In this document: piece by piece, positions 35,612 through 48,670 of the stretch
How positions within the stretch are numbered: the first letter of the stretch is position 1
Layout of the letters: each line of letters starts with the position of its first letter
Assembly (NCBI GenBank): GCA_002269645.1
Contig: NIVC01002277.1
Span: 1-64,000, forward strand
Length of the DNA stretch: 64,000 nucleotides
Source: Macrostomum lignano
Lineage: Eukaryota
Direction of reading: 5' to 3'
The notes under the pieces: model-generated
Seen by the model: the letters and a program-made list of their open reading frames with translations, nothing else
What the model was told of the DNA's origin: nothing
The model's database searches: none
Program-made: the position numbers and the translations under genes

Positions 35612-38600
35612 TACTTACTTCATCAAGTTGTAATTACTCACTCCATCAAGCTGGGATTACTCACTTCATCAAGCTGGGATTACTCACTTCATCAAGCTGG
35701 GATTACTCACTTCATCAAGCTGGGATTACTCACTTTATCAAGCTGGGATTACTCACTTCATCAAGCTGGGATTACTCACTTCATCAAGCTGGGATTACTC
35801 ACTTTATCAAGCTGGGATTACTCACTTTATCAAGCTGGGATTACTCACTTCATCAAGCTGGGATTACTCACTTCATCAAGCTGGGATTACTCACTTTATC
35901 AAGCTGGGATTACTCACTTCATCAAGCTGGGATTACTCACTTTATCAAGCTGAGATTACTCACTTCATCAAGCTGGGATTACTCACTTTATCAAGCTGAG
36001 ATTACTCAATCCATCAAGCTGGGATTATTCACTTCATCAAGCTGGGATTACTCACTTCATCAAGCTAACATTACACACTTCATCAAGCTGGGATTACTCA
36101 TTCCATCAAGCTGACATTACTCACTTCATCAAGCTGGGATTACTCACTTCATCAAGCGGGGATTACTCACTTTATCAAGCTGGGATTACTCACTTCATCA
36201 AGCTGACATTACTCACTTCATCAAGCTGGGATTACTCACTTCATCAAGCTGGGATTACTCACTTCATCAAGCTGGGATTACTCACTCCATCAAGCTGGGA
36301 TTACTCACTTCATCAAGCGGGGATTACTCACTTCATCAAGCTGGGATTACTCACTTCATCAAGCTGGGATTACTCACTTCACCAAGCTGGGATTACTCAC
36401 TTCACCAAGCTGACATTACTCACTTCATCAAGCTGACATTACTCACTTCACCAAGCTGGGATTACTCACTCCATTAAGCTGGGATTACTCACTCCATCAA
36501 GCTGGGATTACTCACTTCAGCAAGCGGGGATTACTCACTCCATTAAGCTGGGATTACTCACTCCATCAAGCTGGGATTACTCACTTCAGCAAGCGGGGAT
36601 TACTCACTCCATCAAGCTGGGATTACTCACTTCAGCAAGCGGGGATTACTTACTCCATCAAGCTGGGATTACTCACTCCATAAAGCTGGGACTGCTCACT
36701 TCATCAAGCGGGGATTACTCACTCCATCAAGCTGGGACTGCTCTCTTCATCAAGCGGGGATTACTCACTCCATCAAGCTGGGATTACTCACTCCATAAAG
36801 CTGGGACTGCTCTCTTCATCAAGTGGGGATTACTCACTTCATCAAGCTGGGAATACTCACTTCATCAAGCTGGGACTGCTCACTTCATCAAGCGGGGATT
36901 ACTCACTCCATCAAGCTGGGACTGCTCTCTTCATCAAGTGGGGATTACTCACTTCATCAAGCTGGGATTACTCACTTCATCAAGCTGAAATTACTCATTC
37001 CATCAAGCTGGGATTACTCACTTCATCAAGCTGGGATTACTCACTCCATCAAGCTGGGATTACTCACTTCATCAAGCTGGGATTACTCACTTCATCAAGC
37101 TGGGATTACTCATTCCATCAAGCTGGGATTACTCACTTCAGCAAGCGGGGATTACTCACTTCATCAAGCGGGGATTACTCACTTCATCAAGCTGGGATTA
37201 CTCACTTCATCAAGCGGGGATTACTCACTTCATCAAGCTGGGATTACTCACTTCATCAAGCTGACATTACTCACTTCATCAAGCTGGGATTACTCACTCC
37301 ATCAAGCTGGGATTACTCACTTCATCAAGCTGGGATTACTCACTTCATCAAGCTGGGATTACTCACTTCACCAAGCTGGGATTACTCACTTCACCAAGCT
37401 GACATTACTCACTTCATCAAGCTGACATTACTCACTTCACCAAGCTGGGATTACTCACTTCAGCAAGTGGGGATTACTCACTCCATTAAGCTGGGATTAC
37501 TCACTCCATCAAGCTGGGATTACTCACTTCAGCAAGCGGGGATTACTCACTCCATCAAGCTGGGATTACTCACTTCAGCAAGCGGGGATTACTCACTCCA
37601 TCAAGCTGGGATTACTCACTCCATAAAGCTGGGACTGCTCTCTTCATCAAGCGGGGATTACTCACTTCATCAAGCTGGGAATACTCACTTCATCAAGCTG
37701 GGACTGCTCACTTCATCAAGCGGGGATTACTCACTCCATAAAGCTGGGACTGCTCTCTTCATCAAGCGGGGATTACTCACTTCATCAAGCTGGGAATACT
37801 CACTTCATCAAGCTGGGACTGCTCACTTCATCAAGCGGGGATTACTCACTCCATCAAGCTGGGACTGCTCTCTTCATCAAGCGGGGATTACTCACTCCAT
37901 CAAGCGGGGATTACTCACTCCATAAAGCTGGGACTGCTCTCTTCATCAAGCGGGGATTACTCACTTCATCAAGCTGGGAATACTCACTTCATCAAGCTGG
38001 GATTACTCACTTTATCAAGCTGAGATTACTCACTTCATCAAGCTGGGATTACTCACTTTATCAAGCTGAGATTACTCAATCCATCAAGCTGGGATTATTC
38101 ACTTCATCAAGCTGGGATTACTCACTTCATCAAGCTAACATTACACACTTCATCAAGCTGGGATTACTCATTCCATCAAGCTGACATTACTCACTTCATC
38201 AAGCTGGGATTACTCACTTCATCAAGCGGGGATTACTCACTTTATCAAGCTGGGATTACTCACTCCATAAAGCTGGGACTGCTCTCTTCATCAAGCGGGG
38301 ATTACTCACTTCATCAAGCTGGGAATACTCACTTCATCAAGCTGGGACTGCTCACTTCATCAAGCGGGGATTACTCACTCCATCAAGCTGGGACTGCTCT
38401 CTTCATCAAGCGGGATTACTCACTTCATCAAGCGGGGATTACTCACTCCATCAAGCTGGGACTGCTCTCTTCATCAAGCGGGGATTACTCACTCATCAAG
38501 CTGGGATACTCACTTCATCAAGCTGGGACTGCTCACTTCATCAAGCGGGGATTACTCACTCCATCAAGCTGGGACTGCTCTCTTCATCAAGCGGGGATTA

Positions 38601-41600
38601 CTCACTTCATCAAGCTGGGATTACTCACTTCATCAAGCTGGGACTGCTCTCTTCATCAAGCGGGATTACTCACTTCATCAAGCTGGGATTACTCACTTCA
38701 TCAAGCTGGGACTTACTCATTCATCAAGCTGGGATTACTCACTTCATCAAGCTGGGATTACTCACTTCATCAAGCTGGGATTACTCACTTCATCAAGCTG
38801 GGATTACTCACTTCATCAAGCTGGGATTACTCACTTCATCAAGCTGGGATTACTCACTTCATCAAGCTGGGATTACTCACTTCATCAAGCTGGGATTACT
38901 CACTTCATCAAGCTGGGATTACTCACTTCATCAAGCTGGGATTACTCACTTCATCAAGCTGGGATTACTCACTTCCATCAAGCTGGGATTACTCACTTCA
39001 TCAAGCTGGGATTACTCACTTCATCAAGCTGGGATTACTCACTTCATCAAGCTGGGATTACTCACTTCATCAAGCGGGGATTACTCACTTCATCAAGCTG
39101 GGATTACTCACTTCATCAAGCTGGGATTACTCACTTCATCAAGCTGGGATTACTCACTTCATCAAGCTGATTACTCACTTCATCAAGCTGACATTACTCA
39201 CTTCATCAAGCTGGGATTACTCACTTCATCAAGCTGGGGATTACTCACTCATCAAGCTGGGATTACTCACTCCATCAAGCTGGGATTATTCACTTCAGCA
39301 AGCGGGGATTACTCACTCCATCAAGCTGGGATTACTCACTTCAGCAAGCGGGGATTACTCACTCCATCAAACTGGGATTACTCACTCCATAAAGCTGGGA
39401 CTGCTCTCTTCATCAAGCGGGGATTACTCACTTCACCAAGCTGACATTACTCACTTCATCAAGCTGACATTACTCACTTCACCAAGCTGGGATTAGTCAC
39501 TTCAGCAAGTGGGGATTACTCACTCCATTAAGCTGGAATTACTCACTCCATCAAGCTGGGATTACTCACTTCAGCAAGCGGGGATTACTCACTCCATTAA
39601 GCTGGGATTACTCACTCCATCAAGCTGGGATTACTCACTTCAGCAAGCGGGGATTACTCACTCCATCAAGCTGGGATTACTCACTTCAGCAAGCGGGGAT
39701 TACTTACTCCATCAAGCTGGGATTACTCACTCCATAAAGCTGGGACTGCTCACTTCATCAAGTGGGGATTACTCACTTCATCAAGCTGGGAATACTCACT
39801 TCATCAAGCTGGGACTGCTCACTTCATCAAGCGGGGATTACTCACTCCATCAAGCTGGGACTGCTCTCTTCATCAAGCGGGGATTACTCACTTCATCAAG
39901 CTGGGATTACTCACTTCATCAAGCTGGGACTGCTCTCTTCATCAAGCAGGGATTACTCACTTCATCAAGCTGGGATTACTCACTTCATCAAGCTGAAATT
40001 ACTCATTCCATCAAGCTGGGATTACTCACTTCAGCAAGCTGGGATTACTCACTCCATCAAGCTGGGATTACTCACTTCATCAAGCTGGGATTACTCACTT
40101 CATCAAGCTGGGATTACTCATTCCATCAAGCTGGGATTACTCACTTCAGCAAGCGGGGATTACTCACTTCATCAAGCGGGGATTACTCACTTCATCAAGC
40201 TGGGATTACTCACTTCATCAAGCGGGGATTACTCACTTCATCAAGCTGGGATTACTCACTTCATCAAGCTGGGATTACTCACTTCATCAAGCTGGGATTA
40301 CTCACTTCACCAAGCTGGGATTACTCACTTCACCAAGCTGACATTACTCACTTCATCAAGCTGACATTACTCACTTCACCAAGCTGGGATTACTCACTTC
40401 AGCAAGTGGGATTACTCACTCCATTAAGCTGGGATTACTCACTCCATCAAGCTGGGATTACTCACTTCAGCAAGCGGGGATTACTCACTCCATCAAGCTG
40501 GGATTACTCACTTCAGCAAGCGGGATTACTCACTCCATCAAGCTGGGATTACTCACTCCATAAAGCTGGGACTGCTCTCTTCATCAAGCGGGGATTACTC
40601 ACTTCATCAAGCTGGGAATACTCACTTCATCAAGCTGGGACTGCTCACTTCATCAAGCGGGGATTACTCACTCCATAAAGCTGGGACTGCTCTCTTCATC
40701 AAGCGGGGATTACTCACTTCATCAAGCTGGGAATACTCACTTCATCAAGCTGGGACTGCTCACTTCATCAAGCGGGGATTACTCACTCCATCAAGCTGGG
40801 ACTGCTCTCTTCATCAAGCGGGGATTACTCACTCCATCAAGCGGGGATTACTCACTCCATAAAGCTGGGACTGCTCTCTTCATCAAGCGGGGATTACTCA
40901 CTTCATCAAGCTGGGAATACTCACTTCATCAAGCTGGGACTGCTCACTTCATCAAGCGGGGATTACTCACTCCATCAAGCTGGGACTGCTCTCTTCATCA
41001 AGCGGGGATTACTCACTTCATCAAGCTGGGATTACTCACTTCATCAAGCTGGGACTGCTCTCTTCATCAAGCAGGGATTACTCACTTCATCAAGCTGGGA
41101 TTACTCACTTCATCAAGCTGAAATTACTCATTCCATCAAGCTGGGATTACTCACTTCAGCAAGTGGGGATTACTCACTTCATCAAGCGGGGATTACTCAC
41201 TTCATCAAGCTGGGATTACTCACTTCATCAAGCTGGGATTACTCACTTCATCAAGCTGGGATTACTCACTTCATCAAGCTGACATTACTCACTTCATCAA
41301 GCTGGGATTACTCACTCCATCAAGCTGGGATTACTCACTTCATCAAGCTGGGATTACTCACTTCATCAAGCTGGGATTACTCATTCCATCAAGCTGGGAT
41401 TACTCACTTCAGCAAGCGGGGATTACTCACTTCATCAAGCGGGGATTACTCACTTCATCAAGCTGGGATTACTCACTTCATCAAGCGGGGATTACTCACT
41501 TCATCAAGCTGGGATTACTCACTTCATCAAGCTGGGATTACTCACTTCATCAAGCTGGGATTACTCACTTCATCAAGCTGACATTACTCACTTCATCAAG

Positions 41601-42864
41601 CTGGGATTACTCACTCCATCAAGCTGGGATTACTCACTTCATCAAGCTGGGATTACTCACTTCATCAAGCTGGGATTACTCACTTTACCAAGCTGGGATT
41701 ACTCACTTCACCAAGCTGACATTACTCACTTCATCAAGCTGACATTACTCACTTCACCAAGCTGGGATTACTCACTTCAGCAAGTGGGGATTACTCACTC
41801 CATTAAGCTGGGATTACTCACTCCATCAAGCTGGGATTATTCACTTCAGCAAGCGGGGATTACTCACTCCATCAAGCTGGGATTACTCACTTCAGCAAGC
41901 GGGGATTACTCACTCCATCAACTCACTGCTGGGATTACTCACTTCCAAGCGGGGATTACTCAGCTGGGACTCACTCTCTGGGACTCATTCATCAAGCGGG
42001 GATTACTCACTTCATCAAGCTGGGAATACTCACTTCATCAAGCTGGGACTGCTCACTTCATCAAGCGGGGATTACTCACTCCATCAAGCTGGGACTGCTC
42101 TCTTCATCAAGCGGGGATTACTCACTTCATCAAGCTGGGATTACTCACTTCAGCAAGCGGGGATTACTCACTCCATCAAGCTGGGATTACTCACTTCAGC
42201 AAGCGGGGATTACTCACTCCATTAAGCTGGGATTACTCACTCCATAAAGCTGGGACTGCTCTCTTCATCAAGCGGGGATTACTCACTTCATCAAGCTGGG
42301 ATTACTCACTTCATCAAGCTGGGACTGCTCTCTTCATCAAGCGGGGATTACTCACTTCATCAAGCTGACATTACTCACTTCATCAAGCTGACATTACTCA
42401 TTCCATCAAGCTGGGATTACTCACTTCAGCAAGTGGGGATTACTCACTTCATCAAGCTGACATTACTCATTCCATCAAGCTGGGATTACTCACTTCAGCA
42501 AGCGGGGATTACTTACTCCATCAAGCTATTACTCACTCCATAAAGCTGGGATTACTCACTTCATCAAGCGGGGATTACTCATTCAAGCTGGGAATTCTCA
42601 CTCATCAAGCTGGGATTACTCACTTCAGCAAGCGGGGATTACTTACTCCATCAAGCTGGGATTACTCACTCCATAAAGCTGGGACTGCTCTCTTCATCAA
42701 GCGGGGATTACTCACTTCATCAAGCTGGGATTACTCACTTCATCAAGCTGGGACTGCTCACTTCATCAAGCGGGGATTACTCACTCCATCAAGCTGGGAC
42801 TGCTCTCTCCATCAAGCGGGGATTACTCACTTCATCAAGCTGGGATTACTCACTTCAGAAAGCT
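35612..42864. repeat. 23-bp satellite (CATCAAGCTGGGATTACTCACTT), about 315 copies, with duplicated variant blocks
   Basis: Period 23 measured (35644 and 35667); rare variants recur at fixed offsets (for example +2070 nt = 90 units). Confidence 0.97.
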
Positions 42865-43604
42865 GATATCCGACGAGAACCCGAGCTAGACTGAAGCCTA
42901 ATGATTAGCTCGTAAGCTCACTGAAAATGCCTTGATAACGTACCGAGCAACTCTTACGAGTTTCTCACGAACTGCCGTGGGCTGCTCTGAACCCCCCTCT
43001 CCTCCCCAGATCGCAGGTGGCCCACATCCCCCGCCCCTGACTTTTATCAGGCAATACGAGGCAACCAGAAATTACAGGACAGCAAACTGCGGCTGCATCT
43101 GTAATCACGGACAACTGCTAGAAGAAAATGAGCTATACTCATTTCTCATTTCCCATCCCTTTAGAATAGGAATAGAAATTAAATGGATGGGAAGAAACTT
43201 CAGTCTGTGACGGCGAGGCGAGGCAGCACTAATTGAAGGCTAAAACTGAAACAGAAGGGCGAGTAGCTGATGTCAAGGAGAGCTCGTTCGCTTCATTTAG
43301 GAGGCCGAGGGGCTGGCCCTTCCCGATCCTCAAATTATGGATCACTTTCCATTCTTTTTCTTTTGCTCCCTATTCTTGTTCAACTGCAGCTGCTCAACTC
43401 CGCCGGCTGATGATTCTGTTTACAGAGAATAGGCGTTGAGTCTCTTGAGCGCATGCGTGCCTGTCAGATGCACGCATCATGCGGTTCTCACTTGTTCTTC
43501 GCTGGATTGGATTTAGCACTTTGGCATGGCTGCTATGCCATCGAATGCTGGAAATATGCGACTCTAGTCTTCAGTAGCTCATTTTAGTAGTCCTTGGAGA
43601 ACCC

Positions 43605-44682
43605 TCAGTGAATCGCGTTTACTAATATTAGTAGTCCTTGTTCGATCTCATCGCAGTGAATCGCGTCCACTAATATTAGTAGTCCTTGTTCGATCTCATC
43701 GCAATGAATCGCGTCCACTTAATTTAGAAGTCCTTTAACGATGCCATCATTGAATCGCGTCCATTTATTTTATTGATAGTAGCCCTTTAACGATCTCATG
43801 AGTGAATCGCGGCCACTAATATTAGTAGTCCTTGTACGATGTGATCAGTGAATCGCGTCTACTTAATTTAGTAGTCCTTGTACGATCTAATTAGCGAATC
43901 GCGTCTAAATTATTTAGTAGTCCTTGTTCGATCTCAACAGTGAATCGCGTCTACCTAATTTAGTAGTCCTTGTACGATCTCAACAGTGAATCGCGTCTAC
44001 CTAATTTAGTAGTCCTTGTACGATCTCAACAGTGAATCGCGTCTACCTAATTTAGTAGTCCTTGTACGATCTTATCGCAGTGAATCGCGTCTACTTAATT
44101 TAGTAGTCCTTGTACGATCTTATCGCAGTGAATCGCGTCTACTTAATTTAGTAGTCCTTGTACGATCTTATCGCAGTGAATCGCGTCTACCTAATTTAGT
44201 AGTCCATGTTCGATCTCAACAGTGAATCGCGTCTACCTAATTTAGTAGTCCATGTACGATCTCAACAGTGAATCGCGTCTACCTAATTTAGTAGTCCTTG
44301 TACGATCTTATCGCAGTGAATCGCGTCTACTTAATTTAGTAGTCCTTGTACGATCTTATCGCAGTGAATCGCGTCTACTTAATTTAGTAGTCCTTGTACG
44401 ATCTTATCGCAGTGAATCGCGTCTACCTAATTTAGTAGTCCTTGTACGATCTCAACAGTGAATCGCGTCTACCTAATTTAGTAGTCCTTGTACGATCTTA
44501 TCGCAGTGAATCGCGTCTACTTAATTTAGTAGTCCTTGTACGATCTTATCGCAGTGAATCGCGTCTACCTAATTTAGTAGTCCTTGTACGATCTCAACAG
44601 TGAATCGCGTCTACCTAATTTAGTAGTCCATGTACGATCTCAACAGTGAATCGCGTCTACCTAATTTAGTAGTCCATGTACA
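43605..44682. repeat. 46/47-bp tandem repeat (AGTGAATCGCGTCTACCTAATTTAGTAGTCCTTGTACGATCTCAAC), about 23 copies
   Basis: Period 46 measured (43921 and 43967); 47-bp variant carries TTATCGC; units degrade toward the left end. Confidence 0.93.
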
Positions 44683-45224
44683 ATAGTTAAGCAGGCGAGA
44701 TGTGATAGACAGATAGGCAACTGTTCTTCGGATTCAACAAGGATTTCTATGAGCTCTTCGTCAGGGCCAGATTCGTTAAAAATATGAAATATGGAGACAG
44801 ATAAGGATCTATATTTCCAATTTATCGCAGTCTTGTATTCTACAGACATTCAGGCGCATAGTTGTCAGATTTTGCACAGGGTATGGCTAGTCACGAGTCT
44901 CCAGCTGCGTGCTCACGCTTTCCTGAGCACAGTAATAAAGACTGACTTGGCTATTTTCTTCAAAGATAGTTAATTTTTCCGAACGCATCTCGTAACTGTA
45001 TCTTGCATCGAACTTCGGCCAATACTACAGTCTACTTAATCTGAGTTACACATACGAGAGTCAAGAGGCGGGGACTTTGATCACACAAATAGTTTGAACA
45101 GTCACTTGTCGGATTTATTTTGATTTTGAATTTTATATTGTGCCAGAAATTTAGTTAGCGAAATGGAATGAAAAGTAGCAAGACAATTAGTGCGTTTAGT
45201 GATATGAATAGGGTTCTGGTAATA

Positions 45225-45555
45225 AGTACAGCTGAGTAGAGCTGGGGTAGTTATGAGTAGAGATGAGTAGAGATGACTAGACCTGATTAGAGATGAGCAG
45301 AGATAAGTAGAGATGAGTAGAGATGAGTAGAGCTGAGTAGAGATAAGTAGAGATGAGTAGAGCTGAGTAGAGATAAGTAGAGATGAGTAGAGCTGAGTAG
45401 AGATGAGTAGAGCTGAGTAGAGATGAGTAGAGCTGAGTAGAGATGAGTAGAGATGAGTGAGATGAGTAGAGATGAGTAGAGATAAGTAGAGATGAATAGA
45501 GCTGAGTAGAGATGAGTAGAGCTGAGTAGAGCTGAGTAGAGCTGAGTAGAACTAG
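45225..45555. repeat. 10-bp repeat (GAGTAGAGAT/GAGTAGAGCT)
   Basis: Direct inspection. Confidence 0.92.
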
Positions 45556-46413
45556 GGCCGATGCCTAACGATAAGTAATATAGAGACTGAGGATGAGTAG
45601 AGATGATAAAATATTGAATTTCAGTAAAGAATGGCTGGTTACAACACCGCAGTGCAGTTAAAGACAAAATAAGCTACAGAAAAGCTTGAAACGCAAGCAA
45701 AAAAGCCAAAAAAAGCTTGAGAAGCCAAAATAAAATGATAGCCAGTGTTTTTACGAGCTACAACGTACAATAAATAATTTTAAGCATGGAAATCGATAAT
45801 GTAGAAGTGGGTAATTTACACTTAGCAACATGTTAGAGTTTTCACGACGAAACTAGAGATCTGATACCATGACAGCCTTTGTGTGGTTGTTGCTCACTGA
45901 TTACTGGGCTGGAAACTTCAACATGAGCTGAGTGAAGAGCCTCGTTAATACTACAGCAATTAGGGCAATAAATTAATCTCTTGAGTAAATGAGATGCACA
46001 CAATACACATCGTTAATAACAAAAATTTATTGCAATTTTCAAGTAATATGATAGACTATAATTAAAACTAAAAAAATCATGTCATTCTCATTAAAACACG
46101 CTACGCTGGTCATCAGGTTTTACCGCAGACAATCTAGAAATAAAAATATCCATTCAAGAGATGGGAATAACGGTTATTCTGCTCCAGTTTTGAGCACTTT
46201 TTCTTGGATTCTGATTGATAAACTGATGAAGATGAATCTCGCCATTGAATCATCAGAGTCGTTGAAAATTCAGTGCAAACAAAATATGGTTAAAATATCA
46301 AACGTTAACTGACATAGATTCCATAAGATAATTTCGAACAAATAATGTTGGATATTCAAAACAAAAATAATATTCTTTCGACGGTGTCCCCAGCATCGAA
46401 TCCGGACATCGCG

Positions 46414-48309
46414 TCAATCTGTTTGGTGCAGCAGTGGCGTCTGGCCAGTTTCCGAAGTCTCCCCGCTACCGTCGCCCGTCTGCAAAGCTGCAACAGGTGC
46501 TTTAGGCGGCGAAGGCTCGGTGGACGGCTGCTGCTGCTGCTGCTGATGCTGCGCCATAGGCGCCGGCTCCTGGCAGTTTCGGCCCTGGCGAGCGAATCTC
46601 CTAGCCCTGTCTGTGCTCGTGTTGGTCAGGTAGTACACCTCCCGCTCCCGCAGCTTCTCCCTACGCTGCTTGGCCCGGCGGAGACAACCGCAGCAGCAAA
46701 CTAGGAGGGCCGTCTGGAGCAGGCGGCACACAATGTCCCTGGCGTGGGCTCGGTACTGCGGCCCGGTCAGCAAGTAGATTAGAAAGTTCAGCGAATAGTG
46801 CGAGATTGACACTTCGTCGATGACTTTCTTGATGCGCACGCTCAGGAAGTAGCTGCGCCACTTCGGGTCAGTCAGGACCAGCTCGTCAGGAAGGGTGTCG
46901 TTGCCAAAGTCGTTGGTGTTCTGCAGCGCGTAGACCATGCCGGCTGGCAGGGAGGTCAGGATGACAAAGAAGGACACGCAGACCAGCATCACCGTGGTCG
47001 AGCGGAAGCGCCTCTCGACACTGTCAGCCAGCAAGTCGGCGCTGTCGCTGCTGCCACCGCCGCCGCCGCCGCCACCGCTGGCGACGACGGCAGGTGTGAA
47101 TCGCTTGCTGCTGTCCATGATGCGGCGGAGCTCGCGTACAACTAGCAGGTTGAAAGCCAGAGCGGTGATCGGGACCAGGCCGCTGAACAGAGTCTCCGTG
47201 ATGATAGAGTACACCGTCCAGATAGGATTGTTCTCCGTGTTAAATACGCAGGTATTGGTTGCCGTGTTGTAATACCTGGAATTTGGTGACAATTTTGCTA
47301 GTCATAAAGGCAGGTGACTCAGTTACTGACATTGGGAACGCATGAATAGCAAATCCATGCAATCAAATCATCTGTCGATGCCTACGTTGCCAATGGTGCC
47401 GATTCTTCCATGGTCCAGCAAAGAGTGCAGAGCAGCTCACCAAAAATTATCTAGACGCGTCTGACTCTTGCGCCGCGACCCCTGGTTTGATTCCGTGCGC
47501 AAACGCATTCGTTTGGGGCTTGTGTGTGCACGAGAATTGGCCAAGGGGGGTTGTCGTGCGATTCACAGCCATGACGGCCAGCCCCCAAGGCGCAGGGAGT
47601 GTACATGCCTGACGTGTGTATGAGTGCGTGCCTCATACGAGCCGTACATATGTGCTCAGGGGTCAGTGGAATGGGCAGAATTGTCTGAGTGCTGGTTGCT
47701 GGACGATGTCTCTGAAGAAACCTACAAAACTCCTGAAATTCTTCTTACTGTGGTCCAGCAACCTTCCATAACTGAATAAGACGTAAATAAGTTTTACCTG
47801 AAGGCCAGGGAGATGAGGCTCCACAGCCCGATTGCGGCGATCATAGCGAAGGTAACTAGGCAAGCTCGTCGAGGTGTGCACAGCGACTCCCGACGGAACG
47901 GAAAGCAGATGGCGATCCAGCGTTCCACCGTGAAGCAGAGCACCAGAGCCGGTGACAGGTACTGGGCGGTGAGCAGCAGCACGGGGATCAGGGTGCAGTT
48001 CAGCATGTTCTCATCGTAGTGGCCCCAAGCCTCGCGCACCTCCTGAAACGGGTGCATGGCCAGGAAGAGCAGATCCCAGACTGACAGGGCGGCCAGGTAA
48101 ACGGCGGACGAGTTGTTCCGGCGCACCTTGGGCTTCATCCAGATGCAGGCGCTCAGCAGATTGCCAAACAGGCCGAGAAAGTACCAAAGCGGGGTGATGC
48201 TGCGGTCGATGATGACGATGGCAGGATCGAATCGCTCGAACACTTCCACCATTGTGGCGTAGCGCGCCCGCATCGAGCTGTTGCTGAAGTCGTGCGCGGA
48301 GACTGTCAT
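46414..48309 (-). CDS. Class A (rhodopsin-type) orphan peptide GPCR, FMRFamide/CNMamide-receptor-like, 457 aa; exons 48309-47798 and 47275-46414
   Basis: TM1 GLFGNLLS, TM2 YLAALSVWDLLFL, TM3 FTVERWIAICFP, TM5 GLVPITALAFN, TM6 STTVMLVCVSFFVILTSLP, TM7 YSLNFLIY, CCC after helix 8. Phase-2 GT-AG intron 47797-47276. Acceptor TAG at 48348-48346 and a candidate 5'-UTR exon donor GTGAGT at 48992. Confidence 0.9.
47470..47712 (+). mobile_element. tRNA-derived SINE copy in the GPCR intron
   Basis: B-box-like CCTGGTTTGATTCC plus GGAGTGTACATGCCTGACG...GTGCTCAGGGGTCAGTGGAATGG shared with other copies. Confidence 0.75.
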
Positions 48310-48399
48310 GGTCCGGTTGCGTTTGTCCTTGATAGAGTAGCTTATCTAGCGATTCTCAACGATTGTAACTGAAATGTTGATTTCGGTTAAACTTGAAGT

Positions 48400-48670
48400 C
48401 ATAGACGGGTACAGCAGCTCAGCTGTAAACGATCCTGGTTCGATTCCTAGCTGGGTCTTGACGTGCGAATCACCACCACCAGGGACAACCCTCAGGCACA
48501 GAGAGTGCTCATGCCTGACGATTAGAAAGTCAGGGCCGCTGTACACCCTGTGTGAGCAGTGTGTATGAGTGCGTGTCTGTGTACAGTATTGGCGCGCTTG
48601 CTTGTGCCCAGGAGTCAGCGGAATGGCCAGAATTGCCGTCAGCGCTGGTTGTGGGACGATGATGTTCGGT
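48400..48670 (+). mobile_element. tRNA-derived SINE, most complete copy
   Basis: B-box CCTGGTTCGATTCC at about 48434, core ATGCCTGACGATTAGAAAGTCAGGGCCGCTGTACACCCTGTGTGAG, 3' part GTCAGCGGAATGGCCAGAATTG. Confidence 0.8.

Noticed and set aside
36823-42368. Long ORFs (152-389 aa) in the 23-bp satellite
   Set aside because: They are translations of a non-triplet tandem unit cycling through frames, with no start context or domain.
35640-42860. GCTGGGATTAC identity to primate Alu
   Set aside because: Only 11 nt match; no other Alu or 7SL features; best treated as coincidence.
48310-48348. SL-AUG extension of the GPCR (acceptor TAG in frame, adding ISYSIKDKRNRT)
   Set aside because: A perfect cis donor (GTGAGT, 48992) with an ATG-free upstream exon candidate explains the acceptor, and the gene has its own ATG at 48309.
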